From the NCBI GenBank assembly GCA_040766775.1, contig JAXGPT010000007.1, positions 1,500 to 65,499 of the forward strand: 64,000 bases of DNA. The letters run 5' to 3'. Of the stretch, positions 33,401 through 43,063 are shown in pieces. Every line of letters starts with the position of its first letter. Position 1 is the first letter of the stretch. The notes under the pieces were generated by a model that saw only the letters and a program-made list of their open reading frames with translations, had not been told where the DNA came from and did no database searches. A program made the translations under genes and the position numbers. The stretch is from Bacillota bacterium (GTDB lineage: Bacteria; Bacillota; Clostridia; Ch29).

Positions 33401-34062
33401 TCGTCCCTCATCAGTATGTACGCCTTTGCCACTTCGCTTTGCTCATAAAGGGGACCCACCTGCCTTTGGAGTTCATCAATGATGTCCCCCAGCCTCAGGA
33501 GGTTTTCCTCGGTCCTTTGGAGCTTTCTTTCCGCTTCGTCCTTTCTGGTTTTATACTTTACTATTCCTGCGGCTTCTTCGAATATTTTTCGCCGGTCCTC
33601 GGCCTTTGAACTGAGGATTTCGTCTATCCTGCCCTGGCCTATTATTGAATATCCTTCCTTACCTATGCCGGTATCCATGAACAGCTCATTAATATCCTTC
33701 AGCCTGCATCCGGTCCTGTTCAGGTAATACTCGCTTTCTCCCGACCGGAAAAGTCTTCTTGTAACCACCACTTCGGAATACTCTATGGGCAAAAAACCGT
33801 CCCCGTTGTCCAGCGTTATTGAAACCTCGGCAAAGCCCAACGCCTTCCGGTTGTTGGTACCGGCGAAAATGACATCCTCCATCCGGCTGCCCCTTAAGTT
33901 CTTTATGCTTTGCTCCCCCAGCACCCACCTGACAGCGTCGGCTATGTTGCTTTTGCCGCTGCCGTTGGGCCCGACGATGGCGGCTATGCCTTTGTCGAAT
34001 TCAAGATTAATTCTCTCGGCAAAGGATTTGAAACCTTTGATTTCAATGCTCTTAAGATACAT
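30493..34062 (-). CDS. smc: chromosome segregation protein SMC
   Basis: GPNGSGKSN, hinge GRATFLP, LSGGEK, LDEIEAALD; 1189 aa. Confidence 0.98.
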   Translation of the reverse strand: MYLKSIEIKGFKSFAERINLEFDKGIAAIVGPNGSGKSNIADAVRWVLGEQSIKNLRGSRMEDVIFAGTNNRKALGFAEVSITLDNGDGFLPIEYSEVVVTRRLFRSGESEYYLNRTGCRLKDINELFMDTGIGKEGYSIIGQGRIDEILSSKAEDRRKIFEEAAGIVKYKTRKDEAERKLQRTEENLLRLGDIIDELQRQVGPLYEQSEVAKAYILMRDELKKLELSLFIDSLEKLNRQKTGIQEKIKECRKQVYNKSNMVNRLETEFSSLETKIQQLEEELKEVQERVFRSLNLAEKKEGEIKVLKQRIQGEKENIERHKAEIAETKNETAALEEEKQKRMQEMQDLKKDLEEKKQIIDTFQANLDSIGAQVGKDEAKVEEIKTGIIENLNRISELNSNANSLKTLNKTIYMRKAQLLEEMQNVDDRIGLLKAEQDDLKRTLDGLEKQLADNSRHRSGLVNKLNGLRSRRLQLEQKLKNLREELGINRSKLALLQQMEREYEGYSRSVKSLLEACDRGKVLKKGLVGAVAKLITVRPGLERAIETALGYNLQSIVTNTEEDAKTAIGYLKRNNLGRATFLPISSIKPRNLNRDEEKALGMEGCIGRASSLVSCPDRISNIIDNLLGRVVVVDDLDSGIKMARAFGYGFRIVTTDGDLINVGGSMTGGSSYSKEAGLLQRKAEIQSLQGELDSKADETVRLDRSIRELGEKERDIELRIQDMADAYHQLELQRIRITEMLEAKAKDLEDREAKKLQFESEKLTLESEYYETQQQIEKILINIKDKENENKQMEEQIRNLQRISSEKKQDRDNIMQQITAHRVDTARIAQKLEDVQSGFQRAVSMLQKARMSVIDREKEIEINRKNIEKLEDGISALRQEIEVLVGEKNRYNGEMTKLQQTKSECQQKMKEKEQAVKEINKEISELEKRLHRYEVQLTKVDMEIGNLHDRMWEEYEVTRIHALDYKCDIKDEKAARSRIIELKANIKELGNVNINAIEEYARVKERFDFLNSQKRDLEEARDSLNRIIKEMMDTMKKQFAEQFQVINESFNRVFRDLFGGGRAQVLLSDQANILESGIDIIAQPPGKKLQQISLLSGGEKALTAIALLFAILSVKPSPFCILDEIEAALDDANVERFGEFLKKLSEDIQFILITHRKGTIEIANNLYGVTMQEKGISKLVSVRLEDMVS

Positions 34063-34094
34063 GTACTATACCTCCGGCACTGGTGCTTAATGAA

Positions 34095-35165
34095 CTATTT
34101 GATGCTTTTTATCACCTGGCGGTAATCCGCCTCAAACACTCTTTTCCCGTTTGTAAAGCGAATTTCGCTGTACCCCAGGCTTTGGTTCTTTAAAACCTTA
34201 ATCTTAAGCCCGGGGTACCCCTTTCCAGGACCTTTATGCTTTCTTTTCCAATCCCCTTAAACGTCGATAGAGACCTGGGGTTTACCTCCATTACGAGTTC
34301 CTTTTCCGGTTCTATTCCCTTTGGTCCAATATCCATTTAACCGCCCTACGACCAGCCTGGAATCAACAAGCTGCCTGAAAGACGGGTGAAAGGGCCCTGC
34401 AACCACCTCTCCGCCTTCGCTTATCAGTTCGGTGGGCTGCAGTCCGATTCGTATTATGGCGACGTTTTCCCTTATAAACATTGCCGCCAGGACAGCGCAC
34501 AGGTCAACCGCCTCTTCCAGCGAAGGAGGCTTGTACATGCCTTTTTTGTACATTTTCTCAAGGACGGTACCCCTTATAACCAGCGTTGGATATATCCTCA
34601 CGAAGTCCGGTTTCAGTGCGCATATCCTGGATGCGGTTTGTACCTCGATATCCGGCCGGGAACCGGGAAGCCCTACCATCATCTGAAGACCAAGCCGAAA
34701 CCCGTACTCCCGTATTTTTCTGGAAGCCTGTACAACGTCGGTACAGTTGTGCCCCCTGGCACTTTTACTGAGCACCTCATCGCTCATGGACTGGACTCCC
34801 AGCTCTATCGTGTCCACGTGGAACTGTACGAGCCTTTCCAGCACTTCTTGGTCTATATAATCCGGCCTGGTGGAAAGCCTTATCCTGTCAATAAGCCCCT
34901 CTTTTTTTGCAAGGTAAGCTTCTTTTAAGAAAGCCCTCTGAAGCGGTACCGGTATACCGGTAAAACTGCCACCGAAAAATGCCGCTTCCACTACCCTGGC
35001 TTTTCGGGGAATGGTGGTGCGGTACTCCCGTATGGTGGGAATGACTTCTTCCGGTGATACCGGGCGCTCTTTGCCGGTTATTTTCCTCTGGCTGCAAAAC
35101 ACACAGTCATGGGGACAGCCTATGTGGGGAATAAAAAAGGGAACTATATAATGGGTTTTGGTCAT
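34095..35165 (-). CDS. radical SAM protein, Elp3/YhcC-like (3' end frameshifted)
   Basis: GCPHDCVFC cluster motif, FFGGSFTG, STRPD, ELGVQS, GPFHPSFRQLV. Confidence 0.85.
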
Positions 35166-35166
35166 T

Positions 35167-35916
35167 TCAACCCTCCAGCCTTTCCAGTGCTTTTTGTGCA
35201 GCGTGTTGTTCCGCTTCCTTTTTGCTTTTCCCGGTACCTTCTCCGTAAACCCTGTCCCCGATTAATACTCTCACCCGAAAGGTTTTGTCGTGGTCCGGCC
35301 CTTCCTGGTCTACAAGCCTGTACTCAACCGTAAGATGACCGGACGCCTGTACTGTTTCCTGGAGCTCGGTCTTAAAATCCCCTGTTATGCTTTGTTCCGC
35401 CAGTTCCCGTACCCTGGCCTGCAAGTATCCCAAAACAAAGTCCCTGGCCGGCGTATATCCACCGTCAAGATATATAGAGCCAATAACCGCCTCAAAGGCG
35501 TCCGCAAGGATTGAAATCCTGCTGCGGCCGCCGTTTTGCGCTTCTCCCCTGCCCATTTGCAGGAAATCTCCCAGCCCCAGTTCCCTGGCACGCTGCCCCA
35601 AGGCCTTGCCCCTTACCAGGGCGGCCCTCATCTTGGTAAGCGTCCCTTCCGTGTAATCGGCAAATTCCTTGTAAAGGAATTCGCTGGTTATCATCTCCAA
35701 AACGGCATCCCCCAAGAATTCCAGCCTTTCATTGTACTCATCCTTACCAAGACCCTTTTCATTGGCATAGGAGCTGTGGGTTAAGGCACAGTTCAATAGA
35801 GCAATATCTTTGTAGCGGTATCCCAGGCGGTCCTGTAGTTTTTTCAGTTCCTCCAGCCTTGGCCCTATTACCCTCAATAACCGACATCCTTTCCGGCATC
35901 CTTCGATATAAAACAT
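35167..35916 (-). CDS. rnc: ribonuclease III (true start probably slightly downstream)
   Basis: NERLEFLGDAVL signature plus dsRBD. Confidence 0.96.
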   Translation of the reverse strand: MFYIEGCRKGCRLLRVIGPRLEELKKLQDRLGYRYKDIALLNCALTHSSYANEKGLGKDEYNERLEFLGDAVLEMITSEFLYKEFADYTEGTLTKMRAALVRGKALGQRARELGLGDFLQMGRGEAQNGGRSRISILADAFEAVIGSIYLDGGYTPARDFVLGYLQARVRELAEQSITGDFKTELQETVQASGHLTVEYRLVDQEGPDHDKTFRVRVLIGDRVYGEGTGKSKKEAEQHAAQKALERLEG

Positions 35917-35961
35917 CCTTGTATATTATAGCATATTTCTACCCTAAAATAACCAAAGTCC

Positions 35962-37209
35962 CTACTCGAACCTTTTGAAGCATATGGTGGCGTTATGCCC
36001 CCCAAAACCCAGCGAGTTGGATATGGCATAGTCTATGTTTCGCTTAACTCCCTTGTTGGGCGTATAATCCAAGTCGCAGTCGGGGTCGGGGGGTGTTGTA
36101 GTTCATGGTGGGCGGCACAAACCCCTTCATAAATCGCCAATACCGCAGCTATCGCCTCTATCCCGCCGGCCGCTCCCAAAAGGTGGCCGGTAACCGATTT
36201 TGTCGAGCTTATCGCCAGCTTGTAAGCGTGCTCTCCGAACACCTTCTTTATGGCCTCGGTTTCAAACTGGTCGTTGTACTTGGTGGAAGTACCGTGGCGC
36301 TTATATAGCCTATCCTATCCGGGGCAATACCGGCGTCTTCCAGAGCCCTTTCCATGGCCGAGCGCAGCCCCTGCCCTGCCCGGCGCCGGCGCGGTTATAT
36401 GATAGGCGTCGGCGGTCCTGCCGTAGCCCACAAGCTCTGCATAAATCCTTGCACCCCTTTTGAGCGCGTGATTTAGTTCCTCCAGTATCAGAATGCCGCA
36501 GCCCTCACCCAATACGAAGCCGTCCCTTTCGCCGTCAAAGGCCTGCTGGCGCCCCGGGGGTCATGGTTGCGGGTGGACAGGGCTTTCATGGAACAAAAGC
36601 CTGCCACCGCAATAGGGGCTACCGCCGCTTCGGTACCGCCGGTTATAACCATGTCGGCATCCCCCGCTGTATAACCCCGGAAGGCATCCCCGGCGGCGTT
36701 TGTTCCCGAAGCACAGGCAGTAACCACTTTCGTCTCATTGGGCCCCCTTGGCGCCAAAAGCCATTGCCATCTGCCCCGCAGCCATATTGGAAATCATCAT
36801 GGGTATGAAGAAGGGACTTATCCTGGAGTGCCCCTTTTCTATCAGCACCCTGAACTGGCTTTCCAGTGTCTCTATGCCCCCGATCTCGACCCCAGTATAA
36901 TACCCAGCCTGTCCTTATCAATCCTGCCCAGGTCGACACCGCTGTCCTCCAAGGCCATCCTTGCACCGGCAACGGCGTATTGTGTGAAGGTGTCCATACG
37001 TCTTGCTTCCTTTTTATCCATAAAAAAAATCGCCGGGCACGAAGTTCTTAACCTCCGCCGCTATGGTGCACTCGTACCCTTCGGTATCAAACTTTGTTAT
37101 TTCTCCTATACCGGATATCCCGTCCTTAAGCGACGCCCAAAACCTTTCCTTCCCCAGTCCAACGGGTGTAATCGGCTCCCAGGCCGGTAACCACAACTCT
37201 TCTTCCCAT
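35962..37209 (-). CDS. fabF: beta-ketoacyl-ACP synthase II (many frameshifts)
   Basis: [55 protein letters not shown]. Confidence 0.92.
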
Positions 37210-37296
37210 TCCGGCGACCTCCTTGTTATATATTAACAAATCGCAGTGATTTGCCTCTTATTTAAGAAAGTCCCGATTTCAATCGGGACCTTCGGA

Positions 37297-37520
37297 CTAG
37301 CTATTGATTTTTATGTATTCTACAGCATCCCCGACGGTGCTCATCTTTTCAGCATCCTCATCCGGGATCTCCAAATCAAATTCTTCTTCTAAAGCCATTA
37401 TCAGCTCAACCAGGTCCAGGGAATCGGCTCCCCAAGTCTTCGATAAATCGTGCATCGCTTGATATCTCCTCTTCGTCCACGCCTAGCTGGTCTGTACAAT
37501 TTCACCTTTTCAAATATCAT
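37297..37520 (-). CDS. acpP: acyl carrier protein (indels in this sequence; absent from ORF track)
   Basis: Manual translation ...[40 protein letters not shown]. Confidence 0.93.
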
Positions 37521-37568
37521 CTTGTCACCTCCTTCCGGGTACTTGCTATAAAATATATATTAAATATA

Positions 37569-38315
37569 TTACATAACAATACCACCGTCAACGCCAATTA
37601 TTTGCCCTGTAATGTAGGAAGCAAGGTCACTGCTCAAAAACGCCACAAGGTATGCAACGTCCTCAGGGGTACCCGGCCTGCCCAACACAACCCTTTTTGT
37701 CATCTCGTCCCTTAAATCTTGTGACAGTTTCATGGTCATGTCGGTCTGGATATAACCCGGGGCAACTGCGTTAACGGTTATTCCCCTGCTGCCCAGTTCC
37801 TTTGCCACCGCCTTTGTAAAACCTATTACCCCCGCCTTGGAAGCACAGTAGTTGGCCTGGCCGGCATTCCCGTATATGCCCACCACCGACGATATGTTTA
37901 CTATTCTTCCCCATCTGTTCTTAATCATAAGACGCGATGCAGCCCTGGTACAGTTAAACACTCCCGTAAGGTTAATATCAATAACCCGCCGCCAGTCCTC
38001 GTCCTTCATCCTCAAAAGCAGCCCGTCCCTGGTTATGCCTGCGCAGTTCACCAGGATATCTACCGCCCCGAAACGCGCGGCGGCCCTTTCTATAAGGCTG
38101 TTGGCCTCGGCCGGGTCTGCAACGTCAGCGGCAAAGGCTTCGGCGTCCCCGCCAAGGCTTTTTATCGCCGTTACCGTTTCCTCCGCCGCCTTGGAGCCGC
38201 TGGCATAGTTCACTGCCACAGCCGCCCCCAGCCGCGCCAGGGTTATGGCTGTGGCCTTTCCGATACCTCTGGACCCGCCGGTAACCACAGCGACCTTTCC
38301 ATTCAGATTTAACAT
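37569..38315 (-). CDS. fabG: 3-oxoacyl-ACP reductase
   Basis: TGGSRGIG, YCASK, GITRD. Confidence 0.96.
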   Translation of the reverse strand: MLNLNGKVAVVTGGSRGIGKATAITLARLGAAVAVNYASGSKAAEETVTAIKSLGGDAEAFAADVADPAEANSLIERAAARFGAVDILVNCAGITRDGLLLRMKDEDWRRVIDINLTGVFNCTRAASRLMIKNRWGRIVNISSVVGIYGNAGQANYCASKAGVIGFTKAVAKELGSRGITVNAVAPGYIQTDMTMKLSQDLRDEMTKRVVLGRPGTPEDVAYLVAFLSSDLASYITGQIIGVDGGIVM

Positions 38316-39253
38316 TTGACTCCCTCCAATTCAAACAGGGCATTATTCAAACTTTCCAAGTTTTCAATGTTCAATACCCGCACGCCCTTATCTATTTTCT
38401 TAACAAAGCCGGACATCGTCTTACCGGGTCCTATTTCAACGAAAGTATCCGCCCCCAGCTCAATCATTCGCTTTACGCTCTCCTCCCACAGTACCGGCCT
38501 GCTTACCTGCTTTACCAGGTTTCTTTTTATTAAGTCACTACGGGTCTCCTCGGTGGCGGTAACATTTGCAATCACCGGTACAGCGGCATCCATTACTTTT
38601 ATCCCTTCAAGGGCCTTTTTCAGCCTTTCTTCCACCGGCCTTAGCAGACTGCAGTGGAAGGGTGCGCTTACCGGCAGCATCACCGCCCTTCTTGCCCCCA
38701 TCGCCTTTGCCATCTCAACCGCGGCGGCCACCGCCTTTGTTTCCCCTGAAACGGCGGTCTGGCAAGAGCAGTTGTAATTGGCCGGTTCCACCACCCCCAG
38801 CTTTGAGACCCTGCGGCAGCACTCTTCAACCAGGTCCTTGTCAAGGCCGATAATTGCCGCCATAGTGCCGGTGTTTAACGGTACGGCATTCTGCATAAGC
38901 TTACCCCTTTTATACACCAGCACCACCGCATCTTCAAACTCCAGCGAGCCCGCTGCCATAAGGGCGGAATACTCGCCAAGGCTAAGCCCCGCCGCCATGT
39001 CGGGTATAAGATCGTGTTTTTTTATAATTTCTAGTATGGCAGCGCTTACAGTTACTATGGCTGGCTGGGTAATCTCGGTTTCGGTAAGCTTCTGCTCCGG
39101 GCCCTCGAATATTATACTGGTAAGGTTAAATCCCAGTACCCGGTCCGCCCTGTCAAAAACCCCCGCCGCCTCGGGGAACTCCTGGTACAGGTCTTTGCCC
39201 ATACCTATATACTGTGCCCCCTGGCCGGGAAAAATAAACGCAACTTTACCCAT
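38309..39253 (-). CDS. fabD: malonyl-CoA:ACP transacylase
   Basis: FPGQGAQ, GLSLGEY, VSAPFH. Confidence 0.96.
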   Translation of the reverse strand: MGKVAFIFPGQGAQYIGMGKDLYQEFPEAAGVFDRADRVLGFNLTSIIFEGPEQKLTETEITQPAIVTVSAAILEIIKKHDLIPDMAAGLSLGEYSALMAAGSLEFEDAVVLVYKRGKLMQNAVPLNTGTMAAIIGLDKDLVEECCRRVSKLGVVEPANYNCSCQTAVSGETKAVAAAVEMAKAMGARRAVMLPVSAPFHCSLLRPVEERLKKALEGIKVMDAAVPVIANVTATEETRSDLIKRNLVKQVSRPVLWEESVKRMIELGADTFVEIGPGKTMSGFVKKIDKGVRVLNIENLESLNNALFELEGVKC

Positions 39254-39256
39254 AAT

Positions 39257-40202
39257 CTACCTCCCAAGCACCTTTGCGGTGATTTCTATTATGTCCCTTG
39301 CTTCCTTTGTTATTCCTTCTATTATTTCTTTTACCGGTTTAATATCGTTTATAAGGCCTGCAATCTGCCCGGACATAACCGAACCATCCCGGGTATTGCC
39401 TTCCACCACCGCTTCCCGGAGCTTGCCAGCGCCCAGCTTTTCCAGTTCCCCCGCCGTGGCCCCTGCCCTTTCCAGCCTATCAAACTCTCGGGTCAGTTTA
39501 TTCTTTAAGCACCTTACCGGGTGGCCGGTGGTCCTGCCGGATGCTACCGTGTCCCTGTCCCCGGCCTTAAGCAGGGCTTCCTTATAATTGGCATGGGCGG
39601 TACATTCCAACGAGCATACAAACCGCGTTCCCATCTGTACCCCCTCGGCGCCAAGCGCCAGGACCGCCACAAGACCCCTTCCGTCGGCAATTCCACCGGC
39701 GGCTATAACCGGTATTTCAACCGCGTCCACCACCTGGGGCACCAGGCACATGGTGGTTAATTCCCCTATATGTCCACCCGCTTCGGTACCCTCGGCTATC
39801 AGTGCATCGGCGCCCACCGACTGCATCCGCTTTGCCAGGGCAACGCTTGGAACCACCGGTATTATTTTTGCTCCCGCTTCCTTAAGGCTGCCGATGTATT
39901 TCCCCGGATTGCCGGCTCCGGTGGTCACCACTCTCACCCTATATTTGAGGATTACTTCCATCACCTGTTCCACGAAGGGGGAAAGCAGCATTACATTTAC
40001 ACCAAAGGGTTTTGTTGTAAGCTTCGAGGCCTTTATTATTTCCTTTTCCACCACGTCCGCGGGAGCGTTTCCGGCACCTATTATTCCAAGACCCCGCATT
40101 AGACACCGCCGCCGCCAGTTCAGCGGTTGCCACCCATGCCATGCCCCCCTGAAGGATAGGATATTCTATGCCCAGTATTTCACATATCCTGGTATGTATC
40201 AT
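39257..40202 (-). CDS. fabK: enoyl-ACP reductase II (frameshift near 5' end)
   Basis: [39 protein letters not shown]. Confidence 0.93.
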
Positions 40203-40230
40203 TCCCACCACTCCCATTGCAATATTGTGA

Positions 40231-41236
40231 TTATTTGCTCCATTTAATGGCACAGGCGCCCCAGGTCAGCCCCGCCCCGAAGCCCACCAACACCAGGTTG
40301 TCGCCGTATTTAAGGAGCCCCTGTTCCACCGCTTCGTCCAATGCCACCGGGATGGAGGCCGATGACATGTTGCCGTACCTGCTGAGATTCATGAATATCT
40401 TGTCCAGGGGTATGCCCAGCCTTTTTCGCCGCGGAATCCACGATCCTCTTGTTGGCCTGGTGCGGTATAAGAAGGTCAATATCGTCAAGACCAAGGCCTG
40501 CCTTTTCCAAAACCCCCATTGTGGCCTGCGGCATTACTCCCACCGCAAATTTATAAACCTCCCCGCCGTCCATGTGTATGAAATGCTTGCCGGATTTTAC
40601 CGTATCAATGCTGGCCGGCATCCTTGAACCCCCGGCGGGCAGCGAGAGATACTGGCCTTTCCAGCCCTCCGCTCCCAAAAGGGTGGCGATAATGCCACTA
40701 CCTTTTGGCGCCTCCCCCAGCACCGCGGCCCCTGCGCCGTCACCAAAAAGTACGCAGGTGCTGCGGTCCTCCCAGTTACATATCTTGGAAAGGGTTTCCG
40801 CGCCTATCACCAACACGTTTTTGCATCGCCGGTGGATATAAACTTTTTCGCCTATCGAGAGACCGTATATAAAACCGGTGCACGCGGCCTGTACATCAAA
40901 GGCGCTGGCCTTTACCGCCCCGAGCTTGGACTGCACTATACAGGCGGTGGACGGGAAGGCCATGTCCGGCGTCGCCGTCGCCACTATTATTACATCAATT
41001 TCCCCGGCGGTTATCCCCGCATTCTCCATGGCTTTTTTCGCCGCTTCCGTTGCAAGGTCGGAGGTGGCGGTACCCGCATCGCTTATCCTGCGCTCGGATA
41101 TGCCGGTGCGGCTTACTATCCACTCGTTGCTGGTTTCTACCATCCTTTCGAGGTCGAAATTTGTGAGGATTCTTTCGGGAAGGCACCTGCCCGTCCCGGC
41201 AATGCCAACCGACTTTACCATTCTATCCATTACCAT
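40231..41236 (-). CDS. fabH: beta-ketoacyl-ACP synthase III (frameshifted)
   Basis: [41 protein letters not shown]. Confidence 0.95.
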
Positions 41237-42221
41237 CCTCCGTCTTAACATTTTCTGTTATTGTTTGTTCCACCTTGTTTTCTATAAACCTTATCGCCTG
41301 CATTATTGCGTTTTCTATTGCCAGCGCGTCGGAACTGCCGTGGGCTTTTATACAGCCTCCGGCGATACCCAATAGCGGCGCTCCGCCGTACTGCTTGTAA
41401 TCCATCCTATCTTTCAGTTTTTTTAGCCCCGGCTTGAGCACGGCGGCAGCCAGCTTGGATGCAACACCGGCAGTGAATTCTGCCTTAAGCTGCGAAAACA
41501 ATGCCATTGCCAGTCCCTCGGTAAGCTTTAATATCACATTGCCTACAAAACCGTCACAGACCAAAACGTCCGCAGCTCCCTCTGGGATGCTTCGTGCTTC
41601 AATGTTGCCGATGAAGTTAAGCCCGGACTTTTCAAGCAGCGCGTAGGCCTCCTTGGTGAGGGCATTTCCCTTTCCCTGCTCGGTACCGATGTTAACCAGC
41701 GCAACCCTTGGGTTTTGCACCCCCAGGACACCCTTCATATAGGCCGAGCCCATCATGCCGAACTGCAAAAGGTTTACCGGCTTGCACTCGGCGTTTGCAC
41801 CGGCGTCTATCAGCATCGCCCCTCCCCTTAGGGTGGGAAGAACCGGTGCCAGCGCCGGGCGGTCTATGCCCTTTATCCTGCCTATCCTAAACAGCGCGCC
41901 CGCCAGAAGCGCTCCCGTATTGCCGGCCGAAATGAAGGCTCCGGCTTCCTTTCTTTTGACAAGGTCCATCCCCATCACCATAGAGGAATCCTTCTTTTTC
42001 CTGATAGCCTCCACCGGCGCATCCTCTGCGCTTATCACCTGGGCGGCGTTTACTATGCTTATCCTTTCAGTCTGGTACCCGCCAAGGCTATCCCTTATAC
42101 TTTCCTCTTTTCCCACTATTATTAACTGCAGCCTCCTATCCCTTTCCAGGGCCCTAATGCAGCCCTTCACCACTTCCACCGGCGCATTGTCTCCGCCCAT
42201 TGCGTCAACGGCAATTCTCAT
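41223..42221 (-). CDS. plsX: phosphate acyltransferase PlsX
   Basis: IAVDAMGGDNAP, SAGNTGA, CDGFVGN, IKAHGSS. Confidence 0.96.
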   Translation of the reverse strand: MRIAVDAMGGDNAPVEVVKGCIRALERDRRLQLIIVGKEESIRDSLGGYQTERISIVNAAQVISAEDAPVEAIRKKKDSSMVMGMDLVKRKEAGAFISAGNTGALLAGALFRIGRIKGIDRPALAPVLPTLRGGAMLIDAGANAECKPVNLLQFGMMGSAYMKGVLGVQNPRVALVNIGTEQGKGNALTKEAYALLEKSGLNFIGNIEARSIPEGAADVLVCDGFVGNVILKLTEGLAMALFSQLKAEFTAGVASKLAAAVLKPGLKKLKDRMDYKQYGGAPLLGIAGGCIKAHGSSDALAIENAIMQAIRFIENKVEQTITENVKTEDGNG

Positions 42222-42233
42222 TAAAATCCCCCC

Positions 42234-42797
42234 TTACTCGTCCAGGGCAACCAGTATGAACTTGCCCCTAAACACTTCCTGCATCTTGAGCTTTATTCTT
42301 ACCCATACAAAAAATTTGTTTCCCCTTCGCTTTATTATTTCCGCATGGGCAACCAGCTTCTGTCCCGACCGGACCGGCTGCTTGTATTTGATGTTTGCAA
42401 CCCCTATAAGGGCCACGTCAGCATCTATCACCGCTATGGCAAGGGATTCCGCCTGGGCGTATATGAACTGCCCCCGCACTATGTTGGTCTTTTCAAAGGC
42501 CATGGAGTTATCCGTCTCCAGCATGGACATTCCTTTCTTACCCAGGTCTATGTCCAATAGTTCTCCAACAATCTCCTTCCCGGATATGGACCTTACCTTT
42601 GCATATGTACCCTCCGCCACGCTTTTTATCCTTTCCCGAAGTTCCGGTATGCCCAGCTCCAGCCTGTCCAGCCTTATGGTTTGTATGCTTACCTCGAAGT
42701 GCTCGCTAAGCTCCTCGTCGGTAAGAAACGGGTCCTTGACTATTTTATCCATAAGGCTTTTCTGCCTCTCCTTCTTTTCCTTCCCTTTTCCCGCCAT
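42234..42797 (-). CDS. fapR: fatty acid biosynthesis repressor FapR
   Basis: [35 protein letters not shown] plus hot-dog domain. Confidence 0.95.
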   Translation of the reverse strand: MAGKGKEKKERQKSLMDKIVKDPFLTDEELSEHFEVSIQTIRLDRLELGIPELRERIKSVAEGTYAKVRSISGKEIVGELLDIDLGKKGMSMLETDNSMAFEKTNIVRGQFIYAQAESLAIAVIDADVALIGVANIKYKQPVRSGQKLVAHAEIIKRRGNKFFVWVRIKLKMQEVFRGKFILVALDE

Positions 42798-42882
42798 AAT
42801 AACACCCCTTTCCCGTTCAATTCCAATCTGTTCATAACGGAAGCAAAAGAACCGTCCCCTAGTTCTCCCTTATTACTTACAT

Positions 42883-42899
42883 TTAGTACCTGGTATTAA
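42883..42899. promoter_or_regulatory. FapR operator
   Basis: 17-bp imperfect palindrome TTAGTACCTGGTATTAA upstream of fapR, resembling the known FapR box. Confidence 0.8.
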
Positions 42900-42955
42900 T
42901 ATTAAGTATATATTATATCCTTTAATGAATCAATAGAAATTTTACCAGTAAAACA

Positions 42956-42999
42956 GGACATACCCGCAGGGGCGGAAATTCCCCCGCTGCGGTATGTCC
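42956..42999. terminator. GC-rich hairpin downstream of the sigma54 activator gene
   Basis: GGACATACCCGCAGGGG...CCCCCGCTGCGGTATGTCC imperfect inverted repeat. Confidence 0.5.
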
Positions 43000-43063
43000 C
43001 CAATCAATATCCCTGTACCACCAGGGTATATCACCGATAAGGCATAAAGATACGCTGCCGGGT

